A stretch of 64,000 nt of DNA from a virus: the IMG/VR virus record IMGVR_UViG_3300042307_001176, positions 90,412 to 154,411 of that record; one strand, written 5' to 3'. The notes beneath the pieces are model-generated. The model was given only the letters and a program-made list of their open reading frames with translations. It did not search any database and was not told where the DNA came from. The number at the start of each line of letters is the position of its first letter. Positions within the stretch are counted from its first letter, which is position 1. Below, piece by piece: positions 26,191 through 37,389 of this stretch. A program made the position numbers and the translations under genes.

Positions 26191-27996
26191 ATGGCACTTA
26201 AAGAAGATAAAATAGGTAATTTTTGGTCGACTGAAAAAGTTGATCAATTAAACTATAATGCAGAAGAAAATGGTATAGACTATAAAGATGTTGATAATCC
26301 TTATCATGAGAATGATCCAGAATTAAGAAAGGGACAAATTCTATTCGAATACACTGAATGGGAATTAGAGGAGATGAGAAAATGTGCAGAGAATGTTGTT
26401 TATTTTGCAAATAAGTATTGTAAAGTAATGACAGATGATGGTATACAGAAGATAAATCTTAGGGATTACCAGATACAGATCCTAGATCAATATCAAACTC
26501 ACAGAAAAAATATATTCGTTTCTCCAAGACAATCAGGTAAAACTATAACTTCCTCCATATTTCTTTTATGGTATTTACTTTTTAATTTTGAAAAGAATGC
26601 TATGATTATGGCAAACATTGGAGATACTGCTGCGGAATTAATGGATAAGATCAAAGTTATTATGAAAGGACTTCCTTTCTTCTTAAAGCCAGGTCTAATC
26701 GTCTATAATGTAATGACCATGAAGTTTGATAACGGATGTAGAATAATGGCTAAGACGACAACTAAAACATCGTCTATCGGTTACACAATTCATATGTTAT
26801 ACATGGATGAGTTCGCACACATTAACCCTAACTTTATCAATCAGTTCTTTAAATCAGTTTACCCTACTATATCTTCTTCACAGATAGCCAGAGTTATTAT
26901 AACTTCCACTCCTAACGGAATGAATAAATTCTGGGAACTTTATAAAGGAGCAATAGAAGGGGAGAATGAATTTAATCCAATCAGAGTTGAATGGTGGCAA
27001 ATTCCAAATAGGGATGAGGAATGGAAAAGGAAAGAAATTGCAGCATTAGGGTCTGAGGAGGATTTTAATCAAGAATATGGCTGCCAATTCCTTTCATCAT
27101 CAAGACTTCTATTGGATTCTTACACATTAAAAAGATTAAAAAATAGTGAAGAACAATTCATTTTTCACGAACTCTCCCCGTTCGAAAATAGTCCAATAGA
27201 TTATTCTAGCCTTATATGGCATCCTAAATTCGATCCCACATCAATTTTTGAAAAGGATGGTCAAAGATTTTATGTTTCAATAGATACAGCAAGTGGTGGA
27301 GGAGGAGATTATTCAGTAGCAAATATATTTAAGGTTGCTCCTATGCCATCTAATGTCATTAAGAATAAAAAATTCTTTGAGGATGAGAGCGATTTCTTCT
27401 GTCTTTTACAAGTTGGTATTTTTAGATCTAACACAATAGAGATAGACGAATTTAAAGCTTTGTTAGAGATATTAATAGGAAGTATATTAGGTGTTGATAA
27501 TACAAGAATAGTTCTAGAGCTTAATTATAAAGGGGAAATTCTAATGGATAAACTTTTAGATTGTGAAGAATTCTTTGACGAAATGTTTGTTTATACAAAA
27601 CATTCTGAAGCTTCGAATAGATTAAAGCCTGGAATTAAACTAACCGTTAAGAATAAAGAAAAATTCTGCTACGATTTAAAAATAAATACAAGATCTTCTA
27701 AAATAATTCCATGTAGTAAAAACGGAATACACGAATTAGCTAACTTTGGAATAAATCCAAATGGGAGTTTTTCTAGTCAAATAGGTAAAGATGATGAGGC
27801 AATGACACTGGTAAATATAAATTGTATATTTGATAACGGAGATTTTCAAGAGACAGTTTCTGACCTGTATGATATAATACCAGAAAAATTCAGAAAATTA
27901 ATGGAAGAAAGGTTAACTGAAAATGTAGAATCCATTCAAAACAAGACTAATGACCTTTCAAGTTATACTTTCTTAAACGGACTCCTTGATTCTTGA
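26191..27996 (+). CDS. terL: Terminase large subunit (gp17)
   Basis: LRDYQ, PRQSGKT, YMDEFAH, STPNG, QEYGC, IDTASG..DYS. Confidence 0.95.
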   Translation: MALKEDKIGNFWSTEKVDQLNYNAEENGIDYKDVDNPYHENDPELRKGQILFEYTEWELEEMRKCAENVVYFANKYCKVMTDDGIQKINLRDYQIQILDQYQTHRKNIFVSPRQSGKTITSSIFLLWYLLFNFEKNAMIMANIGDTAAELMDKIKVIMKGLPFFLKPGLIVYNVMTMKFDNGCRIMAKTTTKTSSIGYTIHMLYMDEFAHINPNFINQFFKSVYPTISSSQIARVIITSTPNGMNKFWELYKGAIEGENEFNPIRVEWWQIPNRDEEWKRKEIAALGSEEDFNQEYGCQFLSSSRLLLDSYTLKRLKNSEEQFIFHELSPFENSPIDYSSLIWHPKFDPTSIFEKDGQRFYVSIDTASGGGGDYSVANIFKVAPMPSNVIKNKKFFEDESDFFCLLQVGIFRSNTIEIDEFKALLEILIGSILGVDNTRIVLELNYKGEILMDKLLDCEEFFDEMFVYTKHSEASNRLKPGIKLTVKNKEKFCYDLKINTRSSKIIPCSKNGIHELANFGINPNGSFSSQIGKDDEAMTLVNINCIFDNGDFQETVSDLYDIIPEKFRKLMEERLTENVESIQNKTNDLSSYTFLNGLLDS

Positions 27997-28074
27997 GAGA
28001 CGAATGATATATACATAGAAAAAGAAGTCTAAAGCAGTATACTTCTTCGATATATAAAAAAATAAAAATTAAAG

Positions 28075-31000
28075 ATGGCCAAACAAGTTAAACTTGACTT
28101 ATCCCAATTCAAAGCATCGGGTGTTTACACATTAGAATTTGATGCTTCGGAAAATATTATCATTAATCCTCAGACGATTAGATTAGTAATAGGTTACTCT
28201 AATATTGGACCTTTCAATACTCCAGTATATTGTCCCGATATTACAACTTTCCAGTCAGTATTTGGGAGTACTGATAAAGCTTTAGAGAAAAAAGGATCAT
28301 TCTTTCATAGATCTGTTTTAACATGTTTAGGGAGTGGACCTGTATTTGCTTTAAATCTAAGATCACTTAACAATACCGTAGATACTAACGGAGATCCTGA
28401 TTACGCTGCTGGTGCTGACGTTGCTAGATATCGTGCTTTCTCTATGGATTCAGAAGAGCAAAATGGTGCTAATGCAACAGGAGCATATTCAGATCCTTTG
28501 ACAAATCAGGATAAATTAGTTTCTTCTTATTACAACAAAGAGAAATTCTGGTTCCCAGACACTAATTATTTCTTAGCAACTGAAGATTCTGCTGGTGCAC
28601 AACCAGATACAAGAAAATTATTCAGCCTTGTTAACTTAGGTCAAAATCCAGTAAGTATTATAGTAAGAAAATCTTTAGATTCTAGATTTCCTTTAAGAGG
28701 ATTTGATATTACAGCTAGAGAATATTTTGGAGCTGATAATGTACCTTCTTATATGAATCAATACGATTATCTTTCAGATTGGTTTATTGATGTAATCGTA
28801 ATTAGTGGAAATTGGACCGATTATCAAGCTTTAGCTAATGACCCAGTTTATAACACATATTTCACTTCTAAAGGATTTATTAAATCACAAATAGATAATT
28901 TCTTATCACAAAATGGAGTTAATACTTTATTAACTGTTACTGGTACTATTATTCCTAACTTTACAGACCAAAACGGTACTCTTAGATACATTCAGACATT
29001 AATTAACAACCAAACACCAACTACTGGTATATTCTGTGCAGTTAATGAAGAAGCTTTAGATGATTTATTAGTAAACTCTTCAGTTTTTGATCTAGTTGGT
29101 CATCACTTAGTTGATGAAACTACTCCTGATGCTGATATCACTTCAGTTCCTAGGAATTTAAATTTCTTATCTTATAGCCAAAATCTATTTGCAGATTACA
29201 CTTACGATAGAAATGTAGACGGTTCTACTACAGGTACAGAGATTTCTGATTCTGGAGTTTCTCCTTCTACTGGCTTTGATATATTACCAGAAACTGGTAC
29301 ATTATTAATAGATACTAACTACAATGTTATAGGAGACGCTGGAATACCTTTCACTGAATTTGATACATATTCTACTACTGCTAGAGATGGGGGATCTATT
29401 TATTTAGATACTAAATTTCAAAACCCAACTCTACACGATACACAAATTACAACTTTAACACAATTCTTAGATACTACGCCAGATTCACCTGCTGAAAGAT
29501 GGGTATTAGGTAAAGTTACATCTACCTTACCAACAGCTGGTTATTTAGGATTCTACGTTGGTGACTTAGTTAAGATTAAGGTAACTGAAGCTAAATTTAT
29601 TACTAATAACACTTTACCAACAGGTCTAAAACAACAGGTAAGAATCAGAATGAATCACCCTTTAGTTGGTTCTACTGCTTCTACAACATATGTTGAACCT
29701 TGGTACGAAACAAATAAAAGTACAGTGGATGCTTACCAGATTGGTACTCCAGATTACTTTGATAATGATGATGTTTTCTTCTCACCAGATATCCCAGTAG
29801 GTACAGATAGCTATTTAGCTTATGAAAACTCTCTTATGTACAGAGACTGGACTAAGGGAAATATTGGAGATGGTGATCAAGACTGGAAAGATGATACTGG
29901 ATCTCTTAAACAATACTTAAAATTTGAAGTAAATGTAGATAGAGACGGTTATAAAATCCTAGTCTGTAGAGCGTTTTCAGAGGATACCCTCACAACTCCT
30001 GAAGCAATTGAAGGATTTGGCGATACTTTTATTAGTTCTTTACCTACTGGTACTAATGCAGTTGGAACATACCAATTTAATATCGTTTCAACAACAGGTA
30101 ACATTAGTGATTATATTGATATTGTTACTCAATTACAGCCTAACGTTATTGAATTAACTACAGCAATTGCTAATTCTTCAGGAATTAAAGTGGGAGATCT
30201 ATTAGTTTCTACTGACACTCAAATTTACGATAATCCATTAACTGAGAATCTTCAGTCAAGATTAACTAGAGTACTTGAGGTTAAAACAGTATCTTCTGCT
30301 TCTTCCCCTGGTATTTACACAGTACAAGTTAAAACTGAAAGACCTATTAAATTGTATCCAGGTACAACAACAAGAGTTTTGAGCTTTAAAAATATACAAG
30401 AATTTGTTACATCTTTCAATTTCACTTATCTACCAGGAGCTCAGATTAAAGCTGCTTCTGTACCAAACGGAACAGATACAAGAATGAATGAGATCTTGGA
30501 CGTACTTTCTAATACAAACTTAGCAAGAACATTAGCTGATACTGACGTAATCACATTCAGATACATCGTAGATACATTCGACGGAGGTATTCAACCAAAC
30601 TGTAAATTCCAACTTACTAGACTTGCTAAAAACAGACAAAAATGTTTAGCAATTTGTAATGTGCCTTCAATGAAGAAATTCTCTGATTCTATTGATCCTA
30701 GATTTACTTCAGCACCTACAGCAACAGATCCAGCTCCAATTTTACAAGCTAGATATATTGCAGACGGAGGTAACTTAAGTTTGAATCCTTCATTCACGTT
30801 CTCTTTACCTGATGAAGACTTAGGAGCAAAATTCTCAGGATTCTTCTCTCCTTTCTTAACAATCAGAGAGAATGGTAAGAACTTAAACGTTCCACCATCA
30901 GCATACGTTTCTAACAACTTCATTCGTAAATTTATTACAGGTGAACCTTATTCAATCGTAGCTGGTCTTAAAAGAGGTATTATCTCTGCTGGTAACTTAG

Positions 31001-31476
31001 TTGGTCTTGAGTATGATTTCGATATTGAAGATAGAGAATACTTAGAGCCATTCGGTATCAATCCAATCATCAGAAAAAGAGGTGTTGGTATTGTTATCTA
31101 CGGTAACCAAACAAGCTACCAAAGAACTAACTCAGCATTTAATAACTTACACGTTAGAGACTTATTAATCACTATTGAATCTGCAATAGAGCAAATACTT
31201 TCTAACTATGTGTTTGATTTTAACGAAGACAATGTAAGACTTGAAATTAAAACATTAGTAGACAATTATTTAACTGGAGTAAGATCTGTTGGAGGTATTT
31301 ATAACTACTTATCTATTATGGACTCTTCTAATAATACACCTGCAATCATTGATCAAAATATTGGTATTATTGACGTAATTATTGAACCTGCAAGAGGTAT
31401 TCATAAGTTTATTAATAGAATGACAGTTACTAGAACAGGTGGTATTGCTTCTGGAGGATTTTTGCAATTTAGTTAA
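28075..31476 (+). CDS. Tail sheath protein (gp18-like, 1133 aa with insertions)
   Basis: SGVYTLEFD N-terminus; INPI..GIVIYGNQT..LHVRDLLI C-terminus. Confidence 0.92.
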   Translation: MAKQVKLDLSQFKASGVYTLEFDASENIIINPQTIRLVIGYSNIGPFNTPVYCPDITTFQSVFGSTDKALEKKGSFFHRSVLTCLGSGPVFALNLRSLNNTVDTNGDPDYAAGADVARYRAFSMDSEEQNGANATGAYSDPLTNQDKLVSSYYNKEKFWFPDTNYFLATEDSAGAQPDTRKLFSLVNLGQNPVSIIVRKSLDSRFPLRGFDITAREYFGADNVPSYMNQYDYLSDWFIDVIVISGNWTDYQALANDPVYNTYFTSKGFIKSQIDNFLSQNGVNTLLTVTGTIIPNFTDQNGTLRYIQTLINNQTPTTGIFCAVNEEALDDLLVNSSVFDLVGHHLVDETTPDADITSVPRNLNFLSYSQNLFADYTYDRNVDGSTTGTEISDSGVSPSTGFDILPETGTLLIDTNYNVIGDAGIPFTEFDTYSTTARDGGSIYLDTKFQNPTLHDTQITTLTQFLDTTPDSPAERWVLGKVTSTLPTAGYLGFYVGDLVKIKVTEAKFITNNTLPTGLKQQVRIRMNHPLVGSTASTTYVEPWYETNKSTVDAYQIGTPDYFDNDDVFFSPDIPVGTDSYLAYENSLMYRDWTKGNIGDGDQDWKDDTGSLKQYLKFEVNVDRDGYKILVCRAFSEDTLTTPEAIEGFGDTFISSLPTGTNAVGTYQFNIVSTTGNISDYIDIVTQLQPNVIELTTAIANSSGIKVGDLLVSTDTQIYDNPLTENLQSRLTRVLEVKTVSSASSPGIYTVQVKTERPIKLYPGTTTRVLSFKNIQEFVTSFNFTYLPGAQIKAASVPNGTDTRMNEILDVLSNTNLARTLADTDVITFRYIVDTFDGGIQPNCKFQLTRLAKNRQKCLAICNVPSMKKFSDSIDPRFTSAPTATDPAPILQARYIADGGNLSLNPSFTFSLPDEDLGAKFSGFFSPFLTIRENGKNLNVPPSAYVSNNFIRKFITGEPYSIVAGLKRGIISAGNLVGLEYDFDIEDREYLEPFGINPIIRKRGVGIVIYGNQTSYQRTNSAFNNLHVRDLLITIESAIEQILSNYVFDFNEDNVRLEIKTLVDNYLTGVRSVGGIYNYLSIMDSSNNTPAIIDQNIGIIDVIIEPARGIHKFINRMTVTRTGGIASGGFLQFS

Positions 31477-31521
31477 TAGATTTGTAAATAAATCAGGGAG
31501 AAAAATATATAAAATAAAAAC

Positions 31522-32094
31522 ATGGCAGGATTACCACATTATTCAAGTTCGAAAGCTTCGGTTAATAAATTCGAACCCGTTTTCCTTAATCAGTTTGAGG
31601 TGACTATTTCACCTCCTGCTGGTGTTATATCAGTTCAAGGAAATCCTGGTAGCGGAAATATTCTTTTAGAGCAGGTGACCAATATTTCAGGTTTACAAGT
31701 GGATCAAAATGCTGGTGAGATCACTCAACAGTACAAATTTGCTAAAAGATACTATGCTGGAGCAGCTCCACAAAGAACTGGTTTAGATGTTTCAATATCA
31801 TTCGAAGTTAACCTTGATGATGACAATTCAATGTATGTTTTTAAAATACTTCGTCAATGGTCTGATTTAATTTATAATCCTATTACAGGAGCAATGGGTC
31901 TTAAGAAAGATTACACAGGAAATATTTTAATTAATGTTTTTAATAAACAAGGGGATATTTTCAGAAAGATTAATCTTAAAGATTGTTTCCTTATGTCACC
32001 TATAACAGATATGGGATTAAACTATACTCAAGCATCTATTTATAAAATTGATGTACAATGGGCAGTAGATTATTTCGAAGACGTATTTATATAA
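31522..32094 (+). CDS. Tail tube protein (gp19-like) 1
   Basis: Follows sheath; NQFEV, WSDLIYNP.TG, DYF. Confidence 0.85.
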   Translation: MAGLPHYSSSKASVNKFEPVFLNQFEVTISPPAGVISVQGNPGSGNILLEQVTNISGLQVDQNAGEITQQYKFAKRYYAGAAPQRTGLDVSISFEVNLDDDNSMYVFKILRQWSDLIYNPITGAMGLKKDYTGNILINVFNKQGDIFRKINLKDCFLMSPITDMGLNYTQASIYKIDVQWAVDYFEDVFI

Positions 32095-32106
32095 ATATAA
32101 AAGAAA

Positions 32107-32685
32107 ATGGCAGGATTACCACATTTTAGCTCAGCAAAAGCAGCAGTTCAATTATACGAACCAGTATATCTTAATCAATTCGAGGTTATTATTCAACCTC
32201 CTGTTGGTGTAACTCTTCCTCAAGGAAACGGCGGAAGGTCTTTATTGGTAGAAAATGTACTTTCTGTTTCTGGCTTATCAGTTGATAAAAACCCAGGTGT
32301 AATGGAACAAAGGTATAAATTCTCAAGAAGAAGATATGCAGGTGGTGCAGTTGATGATACTGGTGTAAAATTCAGAATTGAATTTGAAACCAATTTGGAT
32401 GATAACAACAGCAACTACGTATTTAAAACTATGCGTCAGTGGTCAGATTTAATCTATAATCCTTTAACAGGTGCTACTGGTATTAAATCTACATATGCTG
32501 GTGGAACTTATGTACTTGTATCAATATTCAATAAAGAAGGCGATGTATTTAGAAGAATTAAATTAGTAAATTGCTTTCCTACAGATCAAATAAAAGCAAT
32601 GGATTTAGATTATACTAACGGAACAACTCCGTACAAAATAGCACTTTCATTTAGAGCGGATTATTTCGAAGACGTTTTTAACTAA
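32107..32685 (+). CDS. Tail tube protein (gp19-like) 2
   Basis: Clear paralog of previous gene. Confidence 0.85.
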   Translation: MAGLPHFSSAKAAVQLYEPVYLNQFEVIIQPPVGVTLPQGNGGRSLLVENVLSVSGLSVDKNPGVMEQRYKFSRRRYAGGAVDDTGVKFRIEFETNLDDNNSNYVFKTMRQWSDLIYNPLTGATGIKSTYAGGTYVLVSIFNKEGDVFRRIKLVNCFPTDQIKAMDLDYTNGTTPYKIALSFRADYFEDVFN

Positions 32686-32707
32686 AAAAAATCAAGGGAA
32701 TATATAA

Positions 32708-32736
32708 ATGGAGACTCAACAAAGTCTCCATTTTTG
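32708..32736 (+). terminator. Intrinsic terminator
   Basis: ATGGAGACT/AGTCTCCAT plus T run. Confidence 0.7.
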
Positions 32737-32790
32737 TTTGATCTTATTTCTTACAAGAATGTCGATATTAAAATAATATGGACGACGATT

Positions 32791-33006
32791 GTGACTCAGA
32801 AACAGAAAAGAAGACTTGCCTCAATCTGCTTAATCCTAGCAACATTTTTCAATCCTTTCGGATTCGATATCCTTTTTGCAGCTTTAATGAAATGGACACA
32901 TTCCTATTGGCATACTGTCGCAATTTTTTATTTCCTTTCGGGATTGTTCTTTGGTCTTTACTTTTTTTTATCGTCTAATAGGAAACTAAAAGAAAAAAAA
33001 GAGTAA
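32791..33006 (+). CDS. Small membrane protein
   Basis: Two TM-like segments (FFNPFGFD); start uncertain (GTG 32791). Confidence 0.55.
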   Translation: MTQKQKRRLASICLILATFFNPFGFDILFAALMKWTHSYWHTVAIFYFLSGLFFGLYFFLSSNRKLKEKKE

Positions 33007-33027
33007 AAGAAATATAAGAAAAAAAAT

Positions 33028-34059
33028 ATGATTGACAATTTTGACGATGAGCTTCTAAATGAACTCAACCAAAAAGAAGCTAAATCTAAGTTCGAGTATG
33101 ATGCTCAACAAAGGATTGAAGAACAAGATCCAGATGTAGAAAATGTAACAATTCCCGATTGGATACCAACAGAAGATAATATAACACCGAGAAATTTAGG
33201 AAAAGTTAACGTCAATAGAACTCCACTTGGAATGGAGGCGGAATGGAAAAATATACCAGCAGACACTTTACCCTCTAAAGGATTTGGCTATCCTGATGGA
33301 TTTGAAATTGCAATAAAATCAGCTAAGGTTACTGAAATTAGGCAATTCTCCACAGTAGACGATAGCGATAGATTAGATCTAGATGACAAATTAAATACTA
33401 TCATTGAAAAATGTATGAAAATACGTTGGAATGGTGGTATTCTTGAATCATACGATTTATGGTACGAAGATAGATTCTTTATTATTATGTCAATAAGAGA
33501 TATGACTTTCTTAAAAGGAGAGAATAGAATCTTATTACCTATTACAAAAAACTGTACTAAAGAAGAATGTAACATTCCTGATATGATAGAATTAAAATCT
33601 AATCTATTAGATAGTTTTGTTGTTGATCAGGAGATATTAAAAAGATACAATAAAGATTCATATTCATTCAAATTTATACCTAAAGACGGAAGTGCAGAAA
33701 TGGATTTGTATATTCCCACCATTGGTGTTACCACAGTATGTAGAAGAATTATAGCAGATAAAAGAAAGAAGGGTAAAAAATTCGACGATAGCTTTGCAAA
33801 GGTTGCAACTTTTATAATTCCAGACTGGAGAGGTCTAGATGAAAGATTATATGATCAATATGAAAGAGCGTCGTTAGAATGGACTCCATTACAATTCTCA
33901 ATAGCAGATCAAATCAGTGAAAAAATTAATTTTGCAACAAAATCAAGAATTTATACAAAATGTGAAAGCTGTGATGGGGAGGTCACAGCAGAAATTTCCT
34001 TTCCCGGAGGATACAGATCCCTTTTCATTATTTCAAATATCCTTGAGCAACTATTTTGA
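33028..34059 (+). CDS. Baseplate hub subunit (gp26-like)
   Basis: LPSKG, DRFFIIMSIR, two Cys pairs; position after tube genes. Confidence 0.6.
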   Translation: MIDNFDDELLNELNQKEAKSKFEYDAQQRIEEQDPDVENVTIPDWIPTEDNITPRNLGKVNVNRTPLGMEAEWKNIPADTLPSKGFGYPDGFEIAIKSAKVTEIRQFSTVDDSDRLDLDDKLNTIIEKCMKIRWNGGILESYDLWYEDRFFIIMSIRDMTFLKGENRILLPITKNCTKEECNIPDMIELKSNLLDSFVVDQEILKRYNKDSYSFKFIPKDGSAEMDLYIPTIGVTTVCRRIIADKRKKGKKFDDSFAKVATFIIPDWRGLDERLYDQYERASLEWTPLQFSIADQISEKINFATKSRIYTKCESCDGEVTAEISFPGGYRSLFIISNILEQLF

Positions 34060-34237
34060 TATTAAATTTAGACTTTGGGAAGAATTTAAACTCTCAATAG
34101 ATAATTTAGAATCTCTTCCATTTTATGAATATCAACTATATGTAGATAAGCTTAATGAAAAAATAGAACGAGAGAATAAGAAATCCGAACAGGGAGATTT
34201 AGTAGAAGCATTTTCATTTTCAAAGCCAAAAAGTTAA
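34043..34237 (+). CDS. Small baseplate assembly protein (gp51-like)
   Basis: LSIDNLESLPFYEYQLYVDKL pattern; start uncertain. Confidence 0.5.
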   Translation: MSNYFDIKFRLWEEFKLSIDNLESLPFYEYQLYVDKLNEKIERENKKSEQGDLVEAFSFSKPKS

Positions 34238-34274
34238 CTTTTTGGCTTTTTAGGTATATAAATAAAAATACATT

Positions 34275-35975
34275 TTGGCAGGAGAAACAGGAACACAAGG
34301 ATCAGAATTTCCAATTTTTAAATCTGGAGAAGGTGCTTTCGATAGAGCTAAATATAAGCAAGAAGAAAGTGCAATGATAACCCCTACGGGGCAATTAACG
34401 GGAAAGGAAATAGACGAAGATTTAAAAAAGAAGAAGAAATCTGCAGATGAGGTTATAAAAGAAGCTAAAGCATTCTATAATGAATCGTTTGAAAAAAATC
34501 TAAAAGCTTTAGATCCTGCTTATGATCCTAAACTTATTTATTATTCAGAAGCTTACGATGAAAGCGGAACTGATAGAATGGATATTGGTGAAAAAATAGA
34601 CAATGGAGAGGCATTAGACGGTAAGGAAATTTTTGAAATGTCCAAAGGATCTGCTCAAAATAAGATAGGAAATGCACAAAAGCTTAAAACTGGTAGTGTA
34701 ACTCAGATAGTAGAAAATTTAGGGCTTAGAAATATAAAAGAGTACGAAAAGTACGATACAATCAAAGGAGAATTTGATAGTAAAGTAAAAGATGATAAAC
34801 TTAAATTTGATCCATTATTGGATAAATTTTTAGATATTCTATCATATTTTAATGGGGATGGTGGCCCAATGACTGTACAAAAATCTGCAATTCTTTTTAC
34901 ACCAGAGAATAACGCTATAATATCTGCATTTGCTAAAATACTAGAAGCTGAAGGGTTTGCTAGTGAAAGCGTTGTAAACATGTCCAAAAGATATGATGAT
35001 AATTTAGCTAAGCTTATAGATAAATCTAAAGGCGGATCCATAGAGTCAATGAAAATGACTAAAGAGGGAGATGTTGTACCAGCTACAGGACCTACAGGAG
35101 CATCTACAGAAACTAAGTTAGTAGAAAAAACAAGTACTACAGAAGGCACAGGAGGAACTACAGGACCAGCAGTTTCATCAACAGAAACTAAATTAGAAGA
35201 AGCAAAAAACACTACAGGAACTACTGGTGGAACTACTGGACCAGCAGTTTCATCAGCAGAAACTAAATTAGAAGAGACAAAAAACATTACGGGAGGTACA
35301 GGTACAGTAAACTCTGAACCAGCAAAAATAGATACTGTAAATAATAATAAAGAAAGTAAAGTTAATAATTTGCTTAAGGATTTATTTGGTATAGATTCAG
35401 GAGCTTCCAGTGGAACTGGAGGAACTGGAGGAACTGGAGGAACTGGAGATAGTAAAGCTAAGACTGAAACAGAAAAACTTACAGAAAAAAAAGCAGAAGA
35501 TATTACAGGCGCTCCTAAAGGAGTAACGGGATCTACTGTGGGAACTGAAAAAAAAGAACCGGAGAAAAAAAATGAGGAGACTAAGTTAGAAAATAAAATA
35601 GATAATAAAAATGATAAAGTAAATGAAACTTTACCTGTTTCTACGGGTAAGATAGAAACAACAACACAAAATTTATCTAGTGTAAGCACAATGGTAGAAA
35701 AGCCCAAAGAGCCAGAACCTAATACTGCTACCACTACTAATACCACTACTAGTAATACTAGTTCTGATAACGGAAGCTCTGGAAGTACCACTACAGAAGT
35801 TCCTAAGAGCGAAACTACTAATAACGAAAAAAAAGTTGAAGGAAATAAAACAGAAGGAGAAGGAAATAAAGAAATGTTAGATACTATGAAAAATATGGTA
35901 TCATTACTGACACAGCTTAATAGCACTATGCAAGGACCCTTAATTGTTACTCCAACTAATAAAAAGTTTCAATAG
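34275..35975 (+). CDS. Low-complexity Thr/Gly/Lys/Glu-rich protein, probably structural
   Basis: TTG start; internal GGTTGPAVSS.ETKLEE repeats. Confidence 0.7.
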   Translation: MAGETGTQGSEFPIFKSGEGAFDRAKYKQEESAMITPTGQLTGKEIDEDLKKKKKSADEVIKEAKAFYNESFEKNLKALDPAYDPKLIYYSEAYDESGTDRMDIGEKIDNGEALDGKEIFEMSKGSAQNKIGNAQKLKTGSVTQIVENLGLRNIKEYEKYDTIKGEFDSKVKDDKLKFDPLLDKFLDILSYFNGDGGPMTVQKSAILFTPENNAIISAFAKILEAEGFASESVVNMSKRYDDNLAKLIDKSKGGSIESMKMTKEGDVVPATGPTGASTETKLVEKTSTTEGTGGTTGPAVSSTETKLEEAKNTTGTTGGTTGPAVSSAETKLEETKNITGGTGTVNSEPAKIDTVNNNKESKVNNLLKDLFGIDSGASSGTGGTGGTGGTGDSKAKTETEKLTEKKAEDITGAPKGVTGSTVGTEKKEPEKKNEETKLENKIDNKNDKVNETLPVSTGKIETTTQNLSSVSTMVEKPKEPEPNTATTTNTTTSNTSSDNGSSGSTTTEVPKSETTNNEKKVEGNKTEGEGNKEMLDTMKNMVSLLTQLNSTMQGPLIVTPTNKKFQ

Positions 35976-36036
35976 GGGATTTACTTTATAAAAAGTATTT
36001 TCTATATTTGTAAAATAAAACCTAAAATAAAAAAGT

Positions 36037-36309
36037 ATGAGTAAAAACTATGAGATTTCGAAAGAGCTTAAACAGGCATCGGCTCAATTCCTTAAGGAAT
36101 ATTCGAACTATGAAAAATGTCTGCAGAATTTAGAAAATGAAGAAAAAATTGGATTTACGGAAGATGAAGTTAATGAGATATTAAATCTCCTTGGTGCTTT
36201 TAGACTAAGAGACGTGTTTTCTATTGTAGAACGCTATAAAATCGAAGTCGTACCTTTAAAAGCACAAGCTGATGATCAATCAGAGCCTACCGCTGCAGAA
36301 GCAGAATAA
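36037..36309 (+). CDS. Hypothetical protein
   Basis: ORF after TATATTTG (36003). Confidence 0.7.
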   Translation: MSKNYEISKELKQASAQFLKEYSNYEKCLQNLENEEKIGFTEDEVNEILNLLGAFRLRDVFSIVERYKIEVVPLKAQADDQSEPTAAEAE

Positions 36310-36709
36310 GATCGATTTATTGTACTTAAGAATGGCCAAAGTTTGGTCGGAAAATTCTCACTGTAAAAGAAGTCAGGTAGGATGTCTAATAGTCAATAAT
36401 CGTACAATTATATCTGATGGGTATAATGGAACTCCTTCAGGATTTCCTAATCAATGCGAGGATTGCGATAACAACACCATATCAACGGTTTTACATGCAG
36501 AAGCTAATGCTATAACGAAAATAGCTAAAAGTACAAATACGGCGGAAGGCGCTACATTATATGTAACCCTATCTCCTTGCTTCGATTGTGCTAAACTTAT
36601 AATTCAGGCAGGAATTAAAAGAATAGTTTACTCGGAAGTTTATAGAAAGACAGATTCTTTTAAACTTTTTGAACAAGCAGGAATAGAAATAAAAAGATTA
36701 GAAATTTAA
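36272..36709 (+). CDS. dCMP deaminase
   Basis: GYNGTP, HAEANA, SPCFDC. Confidence 0.93.
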   Translation: MINQSLPLQKQNKIDLLYLRMAKVWSENSHCKRSQVGCLIVNNRTIISDGYNGTPSGFPNQCEDCDNNTISTVLHAEANAITKIAKSTNTAEGATLYVTLSPCFDCAKLIIQAGIKRIVYSEVYRKTDSFKLFEQAGIEIKRLEI

Positions 36710-36725
36710 AAAAATTGGAACTAAA

Positions 36726-37346
36726 ATGGCAGTAAAAAACATTCAAGAATTGGCAGAGAGCTTTATGAGAAGCTCATCAGAAAAAGATTTTGTAGAACTA
36801 TACAAAAGAATAAAACCTGGATTATTAAATCATTGTAAATCTATTTTAATAGAACAGGAAGCTGCAGAAGATGCTGTTTCTAACACAATGGCTAAGATCT
36901 GGACTAAGATCACTCAGTATGATTCAACTAGAGGTAATTTTTCTACATGGGTCTACAATATAGCTAGGAACGAATCTTTAGTTATTAAAAAATGTGAAGA
37001 TAGGTATATGCCTATTATAAACGAGATGGTTAGAAATTCCGATGATTCTGACGATCATGTATTCAGATCAAGTTCAAATGTAGTTCAAGGTGACACCACT
37101 TGCGACTATATAACTACTGATAATGATGAGATGGAGGATCTTTATGATAATGTTATAGAGAAAATGAGTGACCTACCGGAAATTTATAAAGACATTCTTT
37201 ATGATAGAGAAATTCTAAGAATGAAATATCAAGAGATAGCAGATAAACATGGAATGAAAAAAAGAGCTATAGCTACAAGAATTAGAAGAGCAAGATTAAA
37301 AGTCAGAGAAATGTTTCCTGGAGTTAATTTAACTTTTAATAATTAA
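36726..37346 (+). CDS. ECF-type sigma-70 factor
   Basis: AEDAVS...FSTWVYNIARN (region 2); LPE...YQEIA...RIRRAR (region 4). Confidence 0.88.
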   Translation: MAVKNIQELAESFMRSSSEKDFVELYKRIKPGLLNHCKSILIEQEAAEDAVSNTMAKIWTKITQYDSTRGNFSTWVYNIARNESLVIKKCEDRYMPIINEMVRNSDDSDDHVFRSSSNVVQGDTTCDYITTDNDEMEDLYDNVIEKMSDLPEIYKDILYDREILRMKYQEIADKHGMKKRAIATRIRRARLKVREMFPGVNLTFNN

Positions 37347-37389
37347 TGTAACTTTTCTTATAGTATAATCTAAAATTAAGAAAAAAGTT

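Noticed and set aside
33917-34237. Tail-chaperone-type G/GT frameshift between 33028 ORF and next ORF
   Set aside because: Downstream frame is +1 with no convincing slippery site; separate gp26/gp51-like genes explain it
34703-35926. 407-aa minus-strand ORF
   Set aside because: Antisense of a low-complexity plus-strand gene
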